Shown here piece after piece: positions 26,201-39,940 of a stretch of 64,000 nt of DNA. The position numbers and the translations under genes were made by a program. How positions within the stretch are numbered: the stretch's first letter is position 1; the number at the start of each line of letters is the position of its first letter. The notes below the pieces were generated by a model. That model saw only the letters and a list, made by a program, of their open reading frames with translations. It had not been told where the DNA came from and made no database searches. Location: positions 25,358,001-25,422,000 of the forward strand of contig OZ024747.1 in the NCBI GenBank assembly GCA_964016885.1, written 5' to 3'. The stretch is from Eledone cirrhosa (Eukaryota).

Positions 26201-29200
26201 CACAGTAATCACAGATATCCACTGTTTACCCAGGATTGCTTGAGCTGACTCCAGTCAGTGCATCTACAGCACAGTAATCACAGATATCCACTGTTTACCC
26301 AGGATTGCCTGAGCTGACTCCAGTCAGTGCATCTACAGCACAGTAATCACAGATATCCACTGTTTACCCAGGATTGCCTGAGCTGACTCCAGTCAGTGCA
26401 TCTACAGCACAGTAATAACAGATATCCACTGTTTACCCAGGATTGCTTGAGCTGACTCCAGTCAGTGCATCTACAGCACAGTAATCACAGATATCCACTG
26501 TTTACCCAGGATTGCCTGAGCTGACTCCAGTCAGTGCATCTACAGCACAGTAATCACAGATATCCACTGTTTACCCAGGATTGCTTGAGCTGACTCCAGT
26601 CAGTGCATCTACAGCACAGTAATCACAGATATCCACTGTTTACCCAGGATTGCCTGAGCTGACTCCAGTCAGTGCATCTACAGCACAGTAATCACAGATA
26701 TCCACTGTTTACCCAGGATTGCTTGAGCTGACTCCAGTCAGTGCATCTACAGCACAGTAATCACAGATATCCACTGTTTACCCAGGATTGCCTGAGCTGA
26801 CTCCAGTCAGTGCATCTACAGCACAGTAATCACAGATATCCACTGTTTACCCAGGATTGCTTGAGCTGACTCCAGTCAGTGCATCTACAGCACAGTAATC
26901 ACAGATATCCACTGTTTACCCAGGATTGCCTGAGCTGACTCCAGTCAGTGCATCTACAGCACAGTAATCACAGATATCCACTGTTTACCCAGGATTGCCT
27001 GAGCTGACTCCAGTCAGTGCATCTACAGCACAGTAATCACAGATATCCACTGTTTACCCAGGATTGCTTGAGCTGACTCCAGTCAGTGCATCTACAGCAC
27101 AGTAATCACAGATATCCACTGTTTACCCAGGATTGCCTGAGCTGACTCCAGTCAGTGCATCTACAGCACAGTAATCACAGATATCCACTGTTTACCCAGG
27201 ATTGCTTGAGCTGACTCCAGTCAGTGCATCTACAGCACAGTAATCACAGATATCCACTGTTTACCCAGGATTGCCTGAGCTGACTCCAGTCAGTGCATCT
27301 ACAGCACAGTAATCACAGATATCCACTGTTTACCCAGGATTGCCTGAGCTGACTCCAGTCAGTGCATCTACAGCACAGTAATCACAGATATCCACTGTTT
27401 ACCCAGGATTGCTTGAGCTGACTCCAGTCAGTGCATCTACAGCACAGTAATCACAGATATCCACTGTTTACCCAGGATTGCCTGAGCTGACTCCAGTCAG
27501 TGCATCTACAGCACAGTAATCACAGATATCCACTGTTTACCCAGGATTGCTTGAGCTGACTCCAGTCAGTGCATCTACAGCACAGTAATCACAGATATCC
27601 ACTGTTTACTCAGGATTGCTTGAGCTGACTCCAGTCAGTGCATCTACAGCACAGTAATCACAGATATCCACTGTTTACCCAGGATTGCTTGAGCTGACTC
27701 CAGTCAGTGCATCTACAGCACAGTAATCACAGATATCCACTGTTTACTCAGGATTGCTTGAGCTGACTCCAGTCAGTGCATCTACAGCACAGTAATCACA
27801 GATATCCACTGTTTACCCAGGATTGCTTGAGCTGACTCCAGTCAGTGCATCTACAGCACAGTAATCACAGATATCCACTGTTTACTCAGGATTGCTTGAG
27901 CTGACTCCAGTCAGTGCATCTACAGCACAGTAATCACAGATATCCACTGTTTACCCAGGATTGCTTGAGCTGACTCCAGTCAGTGCATCTACAGCACAGT
28001 AATCACAGATATCCACTGTTTACTCAGGATTGCTTGAGCTGACTCCAGTCAGTGCATCTACAGCACAGTAATCACAGATATCCACTGTTTACCCAGGATT
28101 GCTTGAGCTGACTCCAGTCAGTGCATCTACAGCACAGTAATCACAGATATCCACTGTTTACCCAGGATTGCTTGAGCTGACTCCAGTCAGTGCATCTACA
28201 GCACAGTAATCACAGATATCCACTGTTTACCCAGGATTGCTTGAGCTGACTCCAGTCAGTGCATCTACAGCACAGTAATCACAGATATCCACTGTTTACT
28301 CAGGATTGCTTGAGCTGACTCCAGTCAGTGCATCTACAGCACAGTAATCACAGATATCCACTGTTTACTCAGGATTGCTTGAGCTGACTCCAGTCAGTGC
28401 ATCTACAGCACAGTAATCACAGATATCCACTGTTTACCCAGGATTGCTTGAGCTGACTCCAGTCAGTGCATCTACAGCACAGTAATCACAGATATCCACT
28501 GTTTACCCAGGATTGCTTGAGCTGACTCCAGTCAGTGCATCTACAGCACAGTAATCACAGATATCCACTGTTTACCCAGGATTGCTTGAGCTGACTCCAG
28601 TCAGTGCATCTACAGCACAGTAATCACAGATATCCACTGTTTACTCAGGATTGCTTGAGCTGACTCCAGTCAGTGCATCTACAGCACAGTAATCACAGAT
28701 ATCCACTGTTTACCCAGGATTGCCTGAGCTGACTCCAGTCAGTGCATCTACAGCACAGTAATCACAGATATCCACTGTTTACCCAGGATTGCCTGAGCTG
28801 ACTCCAGTCAGTGCATCTACAGCACAGTAATCACAGATATCCACTGTTTACCCAGGATTGCCTGAGCTGACTCCAGTCAGTGCATCTACAGCACAGTAAT
28901 CACAGATATCCACTGTTTACCCAGGATTGCCTGAGCTGACTCCAGTCAGTGCATCTACAGCACAGTAATCACAGATATCCACTGTTTACCCAGGATTGCT
29001 TGAGCTGACTCCAGTCAGTGCATCTACAGCACAGTAATCACAGATATCCACTGTTTACCCAGGATTGCTTGAGCTGACTCCAGTCAGTGCATCTACAGCA
29101 CAGTAATCACAGATATCCACTGTTTACCCAGGATTGCCTGAGCTGACTCCAGTCAGTGCATCTACAGCACAGTAATCACAGATATCCACTGTTTACCCAG

Positions 29201-32200
29201 GATTGCCTGAGCTGACTCCAGTCAGTGCATCTACAGCACAGTAATCACAGATATCCACTGTTTACCCAGGATTGCCTGAGCTGACTCCAGTCAGTGCATC
29301 TACAGCACAGTAATCACAGATATCCACTGTTTACCCAGGATTGCTTGAGCTGACTCCAGTCAGTGCATCTACAGCACAGTAATCACAGATATCCACTGTT
29401 TACCCAGGATTGCTTGAGCTGACTCCAGTCAGTGCATCTACAGCACAGTAATCACAGATATCCACTGTTTACCCAGGATTGCCTGAGCTGACTCCAGTCA
29501 GTGCATCTACAGCACAGTAATCACAGATATCCACTGTTTACCCAGGATTGCTTGAGCTGACTCCAGTCAGTGCATCTACAGCACAGTAATCACAGATATC
29601 CACTGTTTACCCAGGATTGCTTGAGCTGACTCCAGTCAGTGCATCTACAGCACAGTAATCACAGATATCCACTGTTTACCCAGGATTGCCTGAGCTGACT
29701 CCAGTCAGTGCATCTACAGCACAGTAATCACAGATATCCACTGTTTACCCAGGATTGCCTGAGCTGACTCCAGTCAGTGCATCTACAGCACAGTAATCAC
29801 AGATATCCACTGTTTACCCAGGATTGCCTGAGATGACTCCAGTCAGTGCATCTACAGCACAGTAATCACAGATATCCACTGTTTACCCAGGATTGCCTGA
29901 GCTGACTCCAGTCAGTGCATCTACAGCACAGTAATCACAGATATCCACTGTTTACCCAGGATTGCCTGAGCTGACTCCAGTCAGTGCATCTACAGCACAG
30001 TAATCACAGATATCCACTGTTTACCCAGGATTGCTTGAGCTGACTCCAGTCAGTGCATCTACAGCACAGTAATCACAGATATCCACTGTTCACTCAGGAT
30101 TGCTTGAGCTGACTCCAGTCAGTGCATCTACAGCACAGTAATCACAGATATCCACTGTTTACCCAGGATTGCCTGAGCTGACTCCAGTCAGTGCATCTAC
30201 AGCACAGTAATCACAGATATCCACTGTTTACCCAGGATTGCCTGAGCTGACTCCAGTCAGTGCATCTACAGCACAGTAATCACAGATATCCACTGTTTAC
30301 CCAGGATTGCTTGAGCTGACTCCAGTCAGTGCATCTACAGCACAGTAATCACAGATATCCACTGTTTACCCAGGATTGCTTGAGCTGACTCCAGTCAGTG
30401 CATCTACAGCACAGTAATCACAGATATCCACTGTTCACTCAGGATTGCTTGAGCTGACTCCAGTCAGTGCATCTACAGCACAGTAATCACAGATATCCAC
30501 TGTTCACTCAGGATTGCTTGAGCTGACTCCAGTCAGTGCATCTACAGCACAGTAATCACAGATATCCACTGTTTACCCAGGATTGCCTGAGCTGACTCCA
30601 GTCAGTGCATCTACAGCACAGTAATCACAGATATCCACTGTTTACCCAGGATTGCCTGAGCTGACTCCAGTCAGTGCATCTACAGCACAGTAATCACAGA
30701 TATCCACTGTTTACCCAGGATTGCCTGAGCTGACTCCAGTCAGTGCATCTACAGCACAGTAATCACAGATATCCACTGTTTACTCAGGATTGCTTGAGCT
30801 GACTCCAGTCAGTGCATCTACAGCACAGTAATCACAGATATCCACTGTTCACTCAGGATTGCTTGAGCTGACTCCAGTCAGTGCATCTACAGCACAGTAA
30901 TCACAGATATCCACTGTTTACCCAGGATTGCCTGGGCTGACTCCAGTCAGTGCATCTACAGCACAGTAATCACAGATATCCACTGTTTACCCAGGATTGC
31001 CTGAGCTGACTCCAGTCAGTGCATCTACAGCACAGTAATCACAGATATCCACTGTTTACCCAGGATTGCCTGAGATGACTCCAGTCAGTGCATCTACAGC
31101 ACAGTAATCACAGATATCCACTGTTTACCCAGGATTGCCTGAGCTGACTCCAGTCAGTGCATCTACAGCACAGTAATCACAGATATCCACTGTTTACCCA
31201 GGATTGCCTGAGCTGACTCCAGTCAGTGCATCTACAGCACAGTAATCACAGATATCCACTGTTTACTCAGGATTGCTTGAGCTGACTCCAGTCAGTGCAT
31301 CTACAGCACAGTAATCACAGATATCCACTGTTCACTCAGGATTGCTTGAGCTGACTCCAGTCAGTGCATCTACAGCACAGTAATCACAGATATCCACTGT
31401 TTACCCAGGATTGCCTGAGCTGACTCTAGTCAGTGCATCTACAGCACAGTAATCACAGATATCCACTGTTTACCCAGGATTGCCTGAGCTGACTCCAGTC
31501 AGTGCATCTACAGCACAGTAATCACAGATATCCACTGTTTACCCAGGATTGCTTGAGCTGACTCCAGTCAGTGCATCTACAGCACAGTAATCACAGATAT
31601 CCACTGTTTACCCAGGATTGCTTGAGCTGACTCCAGTCAGTGCATCTACAGCACAGTAATCACAGATATCCACTGTTTACCCAGGATTGCTTGAGCTGAC
31701 TCCAGTCAGTGCATCTACAGCACAGTAATCACAGATATCCACTGTTTACCCAGGATTGCTTGAGCTGACTCCAGTCAGTGCATCTACAGCACAGTAATCA
31801 CAGATATCCACTGTTTACCCAGGATTGCTTGAGCTGACTCCAGTCAGTGCATCTACAGCACAGTAATCACAGATATCCACTGTTTACCCAGGATTGCTTG
31901 AGCTGACTCCAGTCAGTGCATCTACAGCACAGTAATCACAGATATCCACTGTTTACCCAGGATTGCTTGAGCTGACTCCAGTCAGTGCATCTACAGCACA
32001 GTAATCACAGATATCCACTGTTTACCCAGGATTGCCTGAGCTGACTCCAGTCAGTGCATCTACAGCACAGTAATCACAGATATCCACTGTTTACCCAGGA
32101 TTGCCTGAGCTGACTCCAGTCAGTGCATCTACAGCACAGTAATCACAGATATCCACTGTTCACTCAGGATTGCTTGAGCTGACTCCAGTCAGTGCATCTA

Positions 32201-34576
32201 CAGCACAGTAATCACAGATATCCACTGTTCACTCAGGATTGCTTGAGCTGACTCCAGTCAGTGCATCTACAGCACAGTAATCACAGATATCCACTGTTTA
32301 CCCAGGATTGCCTGAGCTGACTCCAGTCAGTGCATCTACAGCACAGTAATCACAGATATCCACTGTTCACTCAGGATTGCTTGAGCTGACTCCAGTCAGT
32401 GCATCTACAGCACAGATATCCACTGTTTACCCAGGATTGCCTGAGATGACTCCAGTCAGTGCATCTACAGCACAGTAATCACAGATATCCACTGTTTACT
32501 CAGGATTGCTTGAGCTGACTCCAGTCAGTGCATCTACAGCACAGTAATCACAGATATCCACTGTTTACCCAGGATTGCCTGAGCTGACTCCAGTCAGTGC
32601 ATCTACAGCACAGTAATCACAGATATCCACTGTTTACTCAGGATTGCCTGAGCTGACTCCAGTCAGTGCATCTACAGCACAGTAATCACAGATATCCACT
32701 GTTTACCCAGGATTGCTTGAGCTGACTCCAGTCAGTGCATCTACAGCACAGTAATCACAGATATCCACTGTTTACCCAGGATTGCTTGAGCTGACTCCAG
32801 TCAGTGCATCTACAGCACAGTAATCACAGATATCCACTGTTTACCCAGGATTGCCTGAGCTGACTCCAGTCAGTGCATCTACAGCACAGTAATCACAGAT
32901 ATCCACTGTTTACCCAGGATTGCTTGAGCTGACTCCAGTCAGTGCATCTACAGCACAGTAATCACAGATATCCACTGTTTACCCAGGATTGCCTGAGCTG
33001 ACTCCAGTCAGTGCATCTACAGCACAGTAATCACAGATATCCACTGTTTACCCAGGATTGCCTGAGCTGACTCCAGTCAGTGCATCTACAGCACAGTAAT
33101 CACAGATATCCACTGTTCACTCAGGATTGCTTGAGCTGACTCCAGTCAGTGCATCTACAGCACAGTAATCACAGATATCCACTGTTCACTCAGGATTGCT
33201 TGAGCTGACTCCAGTCAGTGCATCTACAGCACAGTAATCACAGATATCCACTGTTTACCCAGGATTGCCTGAGCTGACTCCAGTCAGTGCATCTACAGCA
33301 CAGTAATCACAGATATCCACTGTTCACTCAGGATTGCTTGAGCTGACTCCAGTCAGTGCATCTACAGCACAGATATCCACTGTTTACCCAGGATTGCCTG
33401 AGATGACTCCAGTCAGTGCATCTACAGCACAGTAATCACAGATATCCACTGTTTACTCAGGATTGCTTGAGCTGACTCCAGTCAGTGCATCTACAGCACA
33501 GTAATCACAGATATCCACTGTTTACCCAGGATTGCCTGAGCTGACTCCAGTCAGTGCATCTACAGCACAGTAATCACAGATATCCACTGTTTACTCAGGA
33601 TTGCCTGAGCTGACTCCAGTCAGTGCATCTACAGCACAGTAATCACAGATATCCACTGTTTACCCAGGATTGCTTGAGCTGACTCCAGTCAGTGCATCTA
33701 CAGCACAGTAATCACAGATATCCACTGTTTACCCAGGATTGCTTGAGCTGACTCCAGTCAGTGCATCTACAGCACAGTAATCACAGATATCCACTGTTTA
33801 CCCAGGATTGCCTGAGCTGACTCCAGTCAGTGCATCTACAGCACAGTAATCACAGATATCCACTGTTTACCCAGGATTGCTTGAGCTGACTCCAGTCAGT
33901 GCATCTACAGCACAGTAATCACAGATATCCACTGTTTACCCAGGATTGCCTGAGCTGACTCCAGTCAGTGCATCTACAGCACAGTAATCACAGATATCCA
34001 CTGTTTACCCAGGATTGCTTGAGCTGACTCCAGTCAGTGCATCTACAGCACAGTAATCACAGATATCCACTGTTTACCCAGGATTGCCTGAGCTGACTCC
34101 AGTCAGTGCATCTACAGCACAGTAATCACAGATATCCACTGTTTACCCAGGATTGCTTGAGCTGACTCCAGTCAGTGCATCTACAGCACAGTAATCACAG
34201 ATATCCACTGTTTACCCAGGATTGCCTGAGCTGACTCCAGTCAGTGCATCTACAGCACAGTAATCACAGATATCCACTGTTTACCCAGGATTGCTTGAGC
34301 TGACTCCAGTCAGTGCATCTACAGCACAGTAATCACAGATATCCACTGTTTACCCAGGATTGCTTGAGCTGACTCCAGTCAGTGCATCTACAGCACAGTA
34401 ATCACAGATATCCACTGTTTACCCAGGATTGCTTGAGCTGACTCCAGTCAGTGCATCTACAGCACAGTAATCACAGATATCCACTGTTCACTCAGGATTG
34501 CCTGAGCTGACTCCAGTCAGTGCATCTACAGCACAGTAATCACAGATATCCACTGTTTACCCAGGATTGCCTGAGC
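23244..34576. repeat. Tandem satellite/minisatellite array, 69-bp unit, ~164 copies
   Basis: Unit TCACAGATATCCACTGTTTACCCAGGATTGC(T/C)TGAGCTGACTCCAGTCAGTGCATCTACAGCACAGTAA is repeated head-to-tail with no spacers. 32/69 GC, no CpG, one EcoRV site per unit, and a stop codon in all six frames of the consensus unit. Confidence 0.99.
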
Positions 34577-34968
34577 AGGCTCTAACCAATGCATCCGCAA
34601 TATCACAGATAGAGGTTGCCCATGCAGGGTGATCACAGATGTCTGACACAGATATTGTCAGCCAGTCTAACAATTTCAAGGGTAGACATCGTTTAAGTGA
34701 GGACTAGATATTAATTCAAGACCCAACTTGATTGTGCCAACCATACTATGATAGTTTACTTGATTTCCATTGCTTGAAATATATAAAATATCTTTGACTG
34801 ATCAATATTTCAGTAAACTCTATGAAAAAAACATGAAATTATTACATCTTATATAAGAAAATATTGAGTGCAGCTGAAAAAAACCTTCAGGTTTAAAACT
34901 GAAAGCTAAGACATGAAATTATGACATTTTCTATAGGAAAATATTGTGTGTAGCGGGAAAAAGTAACC

Positions 34969-35025
34969 AAAAGAAACAAAAGAAACAAAAGAAACAAAAG
35001 AAACAAAAGAAACAAAAAAAAAAAA
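34969..35025. repeat. (AAAAGAAAC)n 9-mer tandem repeat
   Basis: Five copies followed by poly-A. Confidence 0.9.
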
Positions 35026-35359
35026 TGAAAACAGAAAAACTTTAGGCTTAAAACTGAAATCCTAAAGACATGAATTTTACACTCTAAGTAGCTGGGACCC
35101 CCCCCCCCCCCCAAAAAAAAAAACCTAAGCCAAAAGAAACCATTTAGTAAGTGGAGAATTGTGATTGGAATTCTCTTCATTAATATTTCTAGATTTAGTG
35201 TAACTGAAGTAATGTGTCCTATCTCATCCAGTTATGGAAATTAATTCAGAACATCGCAGTAGTAAACAGGAATGAACTGACAGTTCAATCTGTAGAAAAG
35301 TGACAGTAACTCTTGATCTAGATTTCCTCAATCTTTGTACCCACCACCACCTACCTGTG

Positions 35360-35590
35360 TCAACCTATAAGTAGCAAAGCCCTGGAGCGGAAACTGTCAA
35401 CCCATGAGATGAGATGTCTCCAGCGAGCAGCTGACAAACCGAGGAGAGATCAGATCAGATGGTTGGTGCCTTAACTATCATTTGGTTTATAGCTCAACAA
35501 TGAGTAAAATGGTTTGATCACCTGTTAAAAATGCCATTGGCTAGCCTACTTCCATCACTGATAAACGCTGCTCTCAACTATAAACTACCT
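35360..35590 (+). mobile_element. Old RTE LINE 3' coding fragment
   Basis: Translates SKALERKLSTHEMRCLQRAADKPRRDQIR and downstream WFDHLLKM, matching the EMRCLRRI...DRIRN...WFGHL.RM region of RTE ORFs. Confidence 0.65.
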
Positions 35591-37559
35591 TATAAAACAA
35601 CGTGCGTTTGTAAAATTCTCATTAACCCAAAGGAATGATCCTAAAAATGATATTTTAACCCTTTCATAAACATATTTCTAATAAAAGACACAGCCTATGA
35701 TTTTCAAGTAAATTTGAAAATAATCAGGAATTTGGAGAGATTTAGTAATATAATTAATTTTCTCATTATTTAACTGTTTTTTGGGGGGTGAGGGGTGGGT
35801 CATAACTTTACAAAGGTTCTTAAATAAAATTGATGGACATTTTTTTTTTAGATATAAACAGTTTAAAACAGTTTTATATCACAAAACCAGTTTGGTATGC
35901 AAAAAATGAAAAAAAAAAAAACAAAAAAAAAAACTGTCAATCATCATAGCAACATAGTTTACAAGATAAAACAAATATTTGTTGAATCTACAAATACAAA
36001 TGAAAATAAACTCAAAGGTTTGAGTAGAAAAAACAGTGAAGCCATCAAGAAAGTCAATAATTTAACTACAACTTAAATATCTCAAGTGGTTGTTAGGGAA
36101 ATGTGACAAGTTTTAGAACTAAGAACTGGTACCATTTGATTAACTTTTAAAACCCTGTATCACATAAAACCATATTAACAAGATACTATAAACATCTGAA
36201 TTAACAAACCACATTAGCAAGACATTCTTGGAAAGCAAAACAATGTCCCTGGTTCTATGATACAAAATTTGGATAAAGTGATAAAAAGAAAATGAAAGAG
36301 AGAGATAACAATTATGAAGGAAAGGAAACAGAACACAAGAGAGAAAGAAAAAGTAATGAAGGGAAGGAAAAAATAAAAGAAGAGGGAAGGAGAGGATAGA
36401 GGAAAAGAAGAGGTACAAAGAAAAGAAAGAGTGATGAAATTAAATTATGAAAATAAATATTTGGAGGGATTAAGTGATATATCTAATTTCCTCATTATTA
36501 ATTTGATGTTTGGAACATAACTTAATAAATGTTCTTAGATAAAATTACGATGGAAGGATTTTAGATAAATGTGACACTTCAACCCTTAAATACCATATTT
36601 TTAATGAAAGACACTATCTATAAATTTCAACTAATTTTGAAAATAATTAAATATTTGGAGAAATTTAGTAATATAAATGACTTCCTCATTATTAAGCTGG
36701 TGTTTGAAACAAAAGTTCTTACAGAAATTTATGATGGAAGATTTTTAGTTAAATATAAACACTTTAATCCTTTAGCATCTACATTACTCTATATTTACTA
36801 TTGTATTTTTGTGGTAAACACTTTACCTCACATAATATCGAATCTATGAGATTTTGATGTTATTCATTCTGAGAACAACATCTTAACATCAATATGAGCA
36901 GCTAGTTACAGCCAGTTCTGGTAGGATATGGCCAGTTTAAATGCTAAAGGGTTAAATATAAACACTTTAAGTGAAACTATAGGAATGAACATTTATAGCG
37001 TACTAAACAGATTTCACTGTGTTGTTTTTGTTGTACTGTAAATAGTGGTAGTGGTTATATTCAAACAGCTTTAGTCAGCATATCCTGAGCAGACGGACAA
37101 ACCTCTGGCATGTTAGATAACCATCATATAGAATTGATAAGATGTGTATACATACTTAAACACACAGCAGTTAGACAAACATTTCATATAATATTTGAAT
37201 TATGATAATGTTTGGAGGTCAGTGGTTAATCCTTTTGATACCAAGCCACCAGAAATTATCCTTCATTCTACGATAACTAAGTCATTTATTTTAAAGTGTT
37301 TACATTTATCTAAAAAACCTATTATAATTTTACATGAGAACCTTTGTTAAGATATGCTCCAAACACCAGCTTAATACAGAAATACAGCCACCAGATATGA
37401 TGATTAATTATGATATAAGTGGGCTCCTGCCAGACAAATAAGCAAAGCAGTAAGCTATCAGGAGAGATGAAGCAATGGATTACACTGTTAGTTCCCAAGA
37501 AAACTCTCACAGCCCACTGATGTAGCTATGATGAGGCAAGTAAAGGCCGGTTATAAAAA

Positions 37560-38620
37560 ACCCTATTCTTTGCGTGTTTGAGAAAAGTAGCAAATTGGTG
37601 TCTGGCGTGAACGAGTACCAAAATACTGCAAGATGGTTGGAAACCGAAAAGGCATCCATATCACATTGATCTTTGTGTGGGATAACAAGGGACACATTCA
37701 AGCCTTAGGTACAGGGGCCTGTTAGAAAATATATTGCAGTTTCCATCCAACACTGCAAGAACTGGTGATGGATCTGCAACCTGTCATGGGCGTCATGGGA
37801 TGGAAGCACAAAAGTTACATATCCTGAGACTCCAGAGAGGGTCTAGAAGGGAACAAACCATGGCAATTGGTAATTGGAATGTTACTATTTTTACAGGCAA
37901 GCAATAGGAACTAGTGGAGGAGACCAGATACCATTGGCTAGATATAGTCAGGGTTTCCCAAACAAAGTTGTGTGGCTCTAGTACTGTAAATTTGGATGAA
38001 GTGTGGAAATTCTCACAAGATCCCAGCTGTTGGAATGTGTTATGGACTGGATCGCATTGAGAGGGAGCATTTGCCCCTTGAAGCTTAGGTTGAAAGAAAG
38101 ATCTCTGTGGGTGGAGCAAGTTTATGCATCAAAGAGAAAGTCTGAGTACAGATTCTTCCTTGATGAAGTCACTGCAGCGTTAAATGTAGTTAAGTCGTAT
38201 ATCTTAATAGAAGACTTCCGTGCACATGTTGGTACTGACTACCTGACATGGAAAGGAGTGATTGCAAGGAACAGAGATCTCAGTCTAAATACAAATAGAG
38301 AGGCCTTAGACTTCAGTTCTAGTAATGGGCTTGCTATTATGAACACCTTTCAGCACAAAGACATCAATAAATACACATCATTTAAGGGGAATCAAGTACA
38401 GTGATCAACAACTGATTTTGTTATTGTCTGTGATCTCTGAATCTGTGCTGGATGTTCGTGTTAAGAGTGGGGCTGAGCTGTCAACTGATCATGATCTAGT
38501 TATCTGCAACCTGAGCCTCTTAAAACTAAAAGGGTCCACAAAACTTGCAGGTCCAGCTTCACCAACAGGATAAAGCAGGAAACACTGGTAGATAAGGATG
38601 TCATAGACATGTTTTGTGAT
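37560..38620 (+). mobile_element. Decayed 5' part of an RTE (Rex3/Expander-like) LINE: 5' UTR and apurinic endonuclease
   Basis: Broken frames read IGNWNVT, LDIVRVSQTK, EQVYA, ILIEDFRAHVGTD..TWKGVI, NGLAIMNTFQHK and VLDVRVKSGAELSTDHDLVICNL (APE motifs). Interrupted at ~38620 by a SINE. Confidence 0.85.
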
Positions 38621-39940
38621 ATTTATTGCAGTTCTCTACAGACTCTGAGTTCAAATCCTACTGAAGTCAACTTTGCCATTCATCTTTTCAAGGTTGATAA
38701 AAAAAGTACCAGTCTGGTACTGGGGTCAATCGTTCCTCTATATCTCTTTCTCAGGAAGAAATAAGTTGTGTTCAGACATGGAGAAGGGATGGGCTTCATC
38801 AGCTTTAAAGTGCTCAAGACACACGGAATGTCATGACTGTGCATCAACATGCCTCCAAGGATTGAACTAATGATCTCACAATTGTGAGCCAAGCACCGTG
38901 TCAACAATATAAATTGTATTTAAGATCTTGTGTATATATGTGTTTATAAGAGAGAATGACTCTTTCCCACACTCATAATAGTGTTAACTGTATCATATTA
39001 AAAACTAAAGTCTTTACGTTAGTTGATTAACTATATCCCTAATTATTACACAGTAAAAAAACAAACAAACAAACAACACACTTAGACCATCATTATCATT
39101 TTATGTCTGCTTTCCATGTTGCCATAAGTTAGATGGCTTGTCTCGGTTTGAGACCGGACAGGTTGGAGAACATGTCTGGCCCATATGTTTCATTTTGGCA
39201 TGGTTTTTACAGCTGGCTGCTCTTCTTGAACATAAGATAGGTTAGTAATGGTTGAAATGTTGGTTTTATTAGGGATGGCCTGGGGCTAAACAACAACAAC
39301 AATAACCACCATTACCACCACAGTATTGCAGTAAATTGCCAGGTCACCTGCCACAGCTTCTATAGTATTTATAAAAAACATTGGATAGCTAACATTTATA
39401 GAATATTGATAATTTGTAGAAGTAGGTGAAAGGAGGCAATAATAGAATGGTGGCTTCAGTGTTGTTGTTGTTGGTGATGATGATTGTGGTAGTGGTGATG
39501 ATAGCGACAACAGCAGCAGTGGATTAGAAAATTCTATAACTCAAAGTAAACAACAAAGGACTCTGTTGATTCATGCATGAGCTTTTGGGAACAGACAGTT
39601 TTTTTTTAAATAGAGACCACATCCCTTTCCCCTTACCATTCCAAGGTTGCATATGAGTTAGGCACAGAGACAAACTATTAAGATACCAGTCTCAGTCAGA
39701 CACACACACTTGCCCTCTCTCTCCTACATAATACACATGCACATTCTCTCTCTCATACAGTTCAATTTACCATCAAGTACACCCTTGATTTCAACTAAAT
39801 ACTATTGTAAATTGAAATTAATATTATGAAGCAGCAGTATTAGGTGAGGCAGTGAGATGCAGAATAACACCTGCAACTGTGCACCATGTACTTTGTAGAA
39901 GCAGATGCAAACATATGTACACGCAATATATATATATATA

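Noticed and set aside
23244-34576. Satellite as a CRISPR-like array or as a repetitive protein-coding exon (69 = 23 codons)
   Set aside because: There are no unique spacers and no cas genes, and the consensus unit has a stop codon in all six frames.
23244-34576. Each satellite unit as a ribozyme (as in hammerhead satellites) or as a 34-nt microexon (ctgtag|...CTGG|gtaaac on the minus strand)
   Set aside because: There is no CUGANGA/GAAA core in the unit. The splice-like sites lack a pyrimidine tract and would leave only 35-nt introns.
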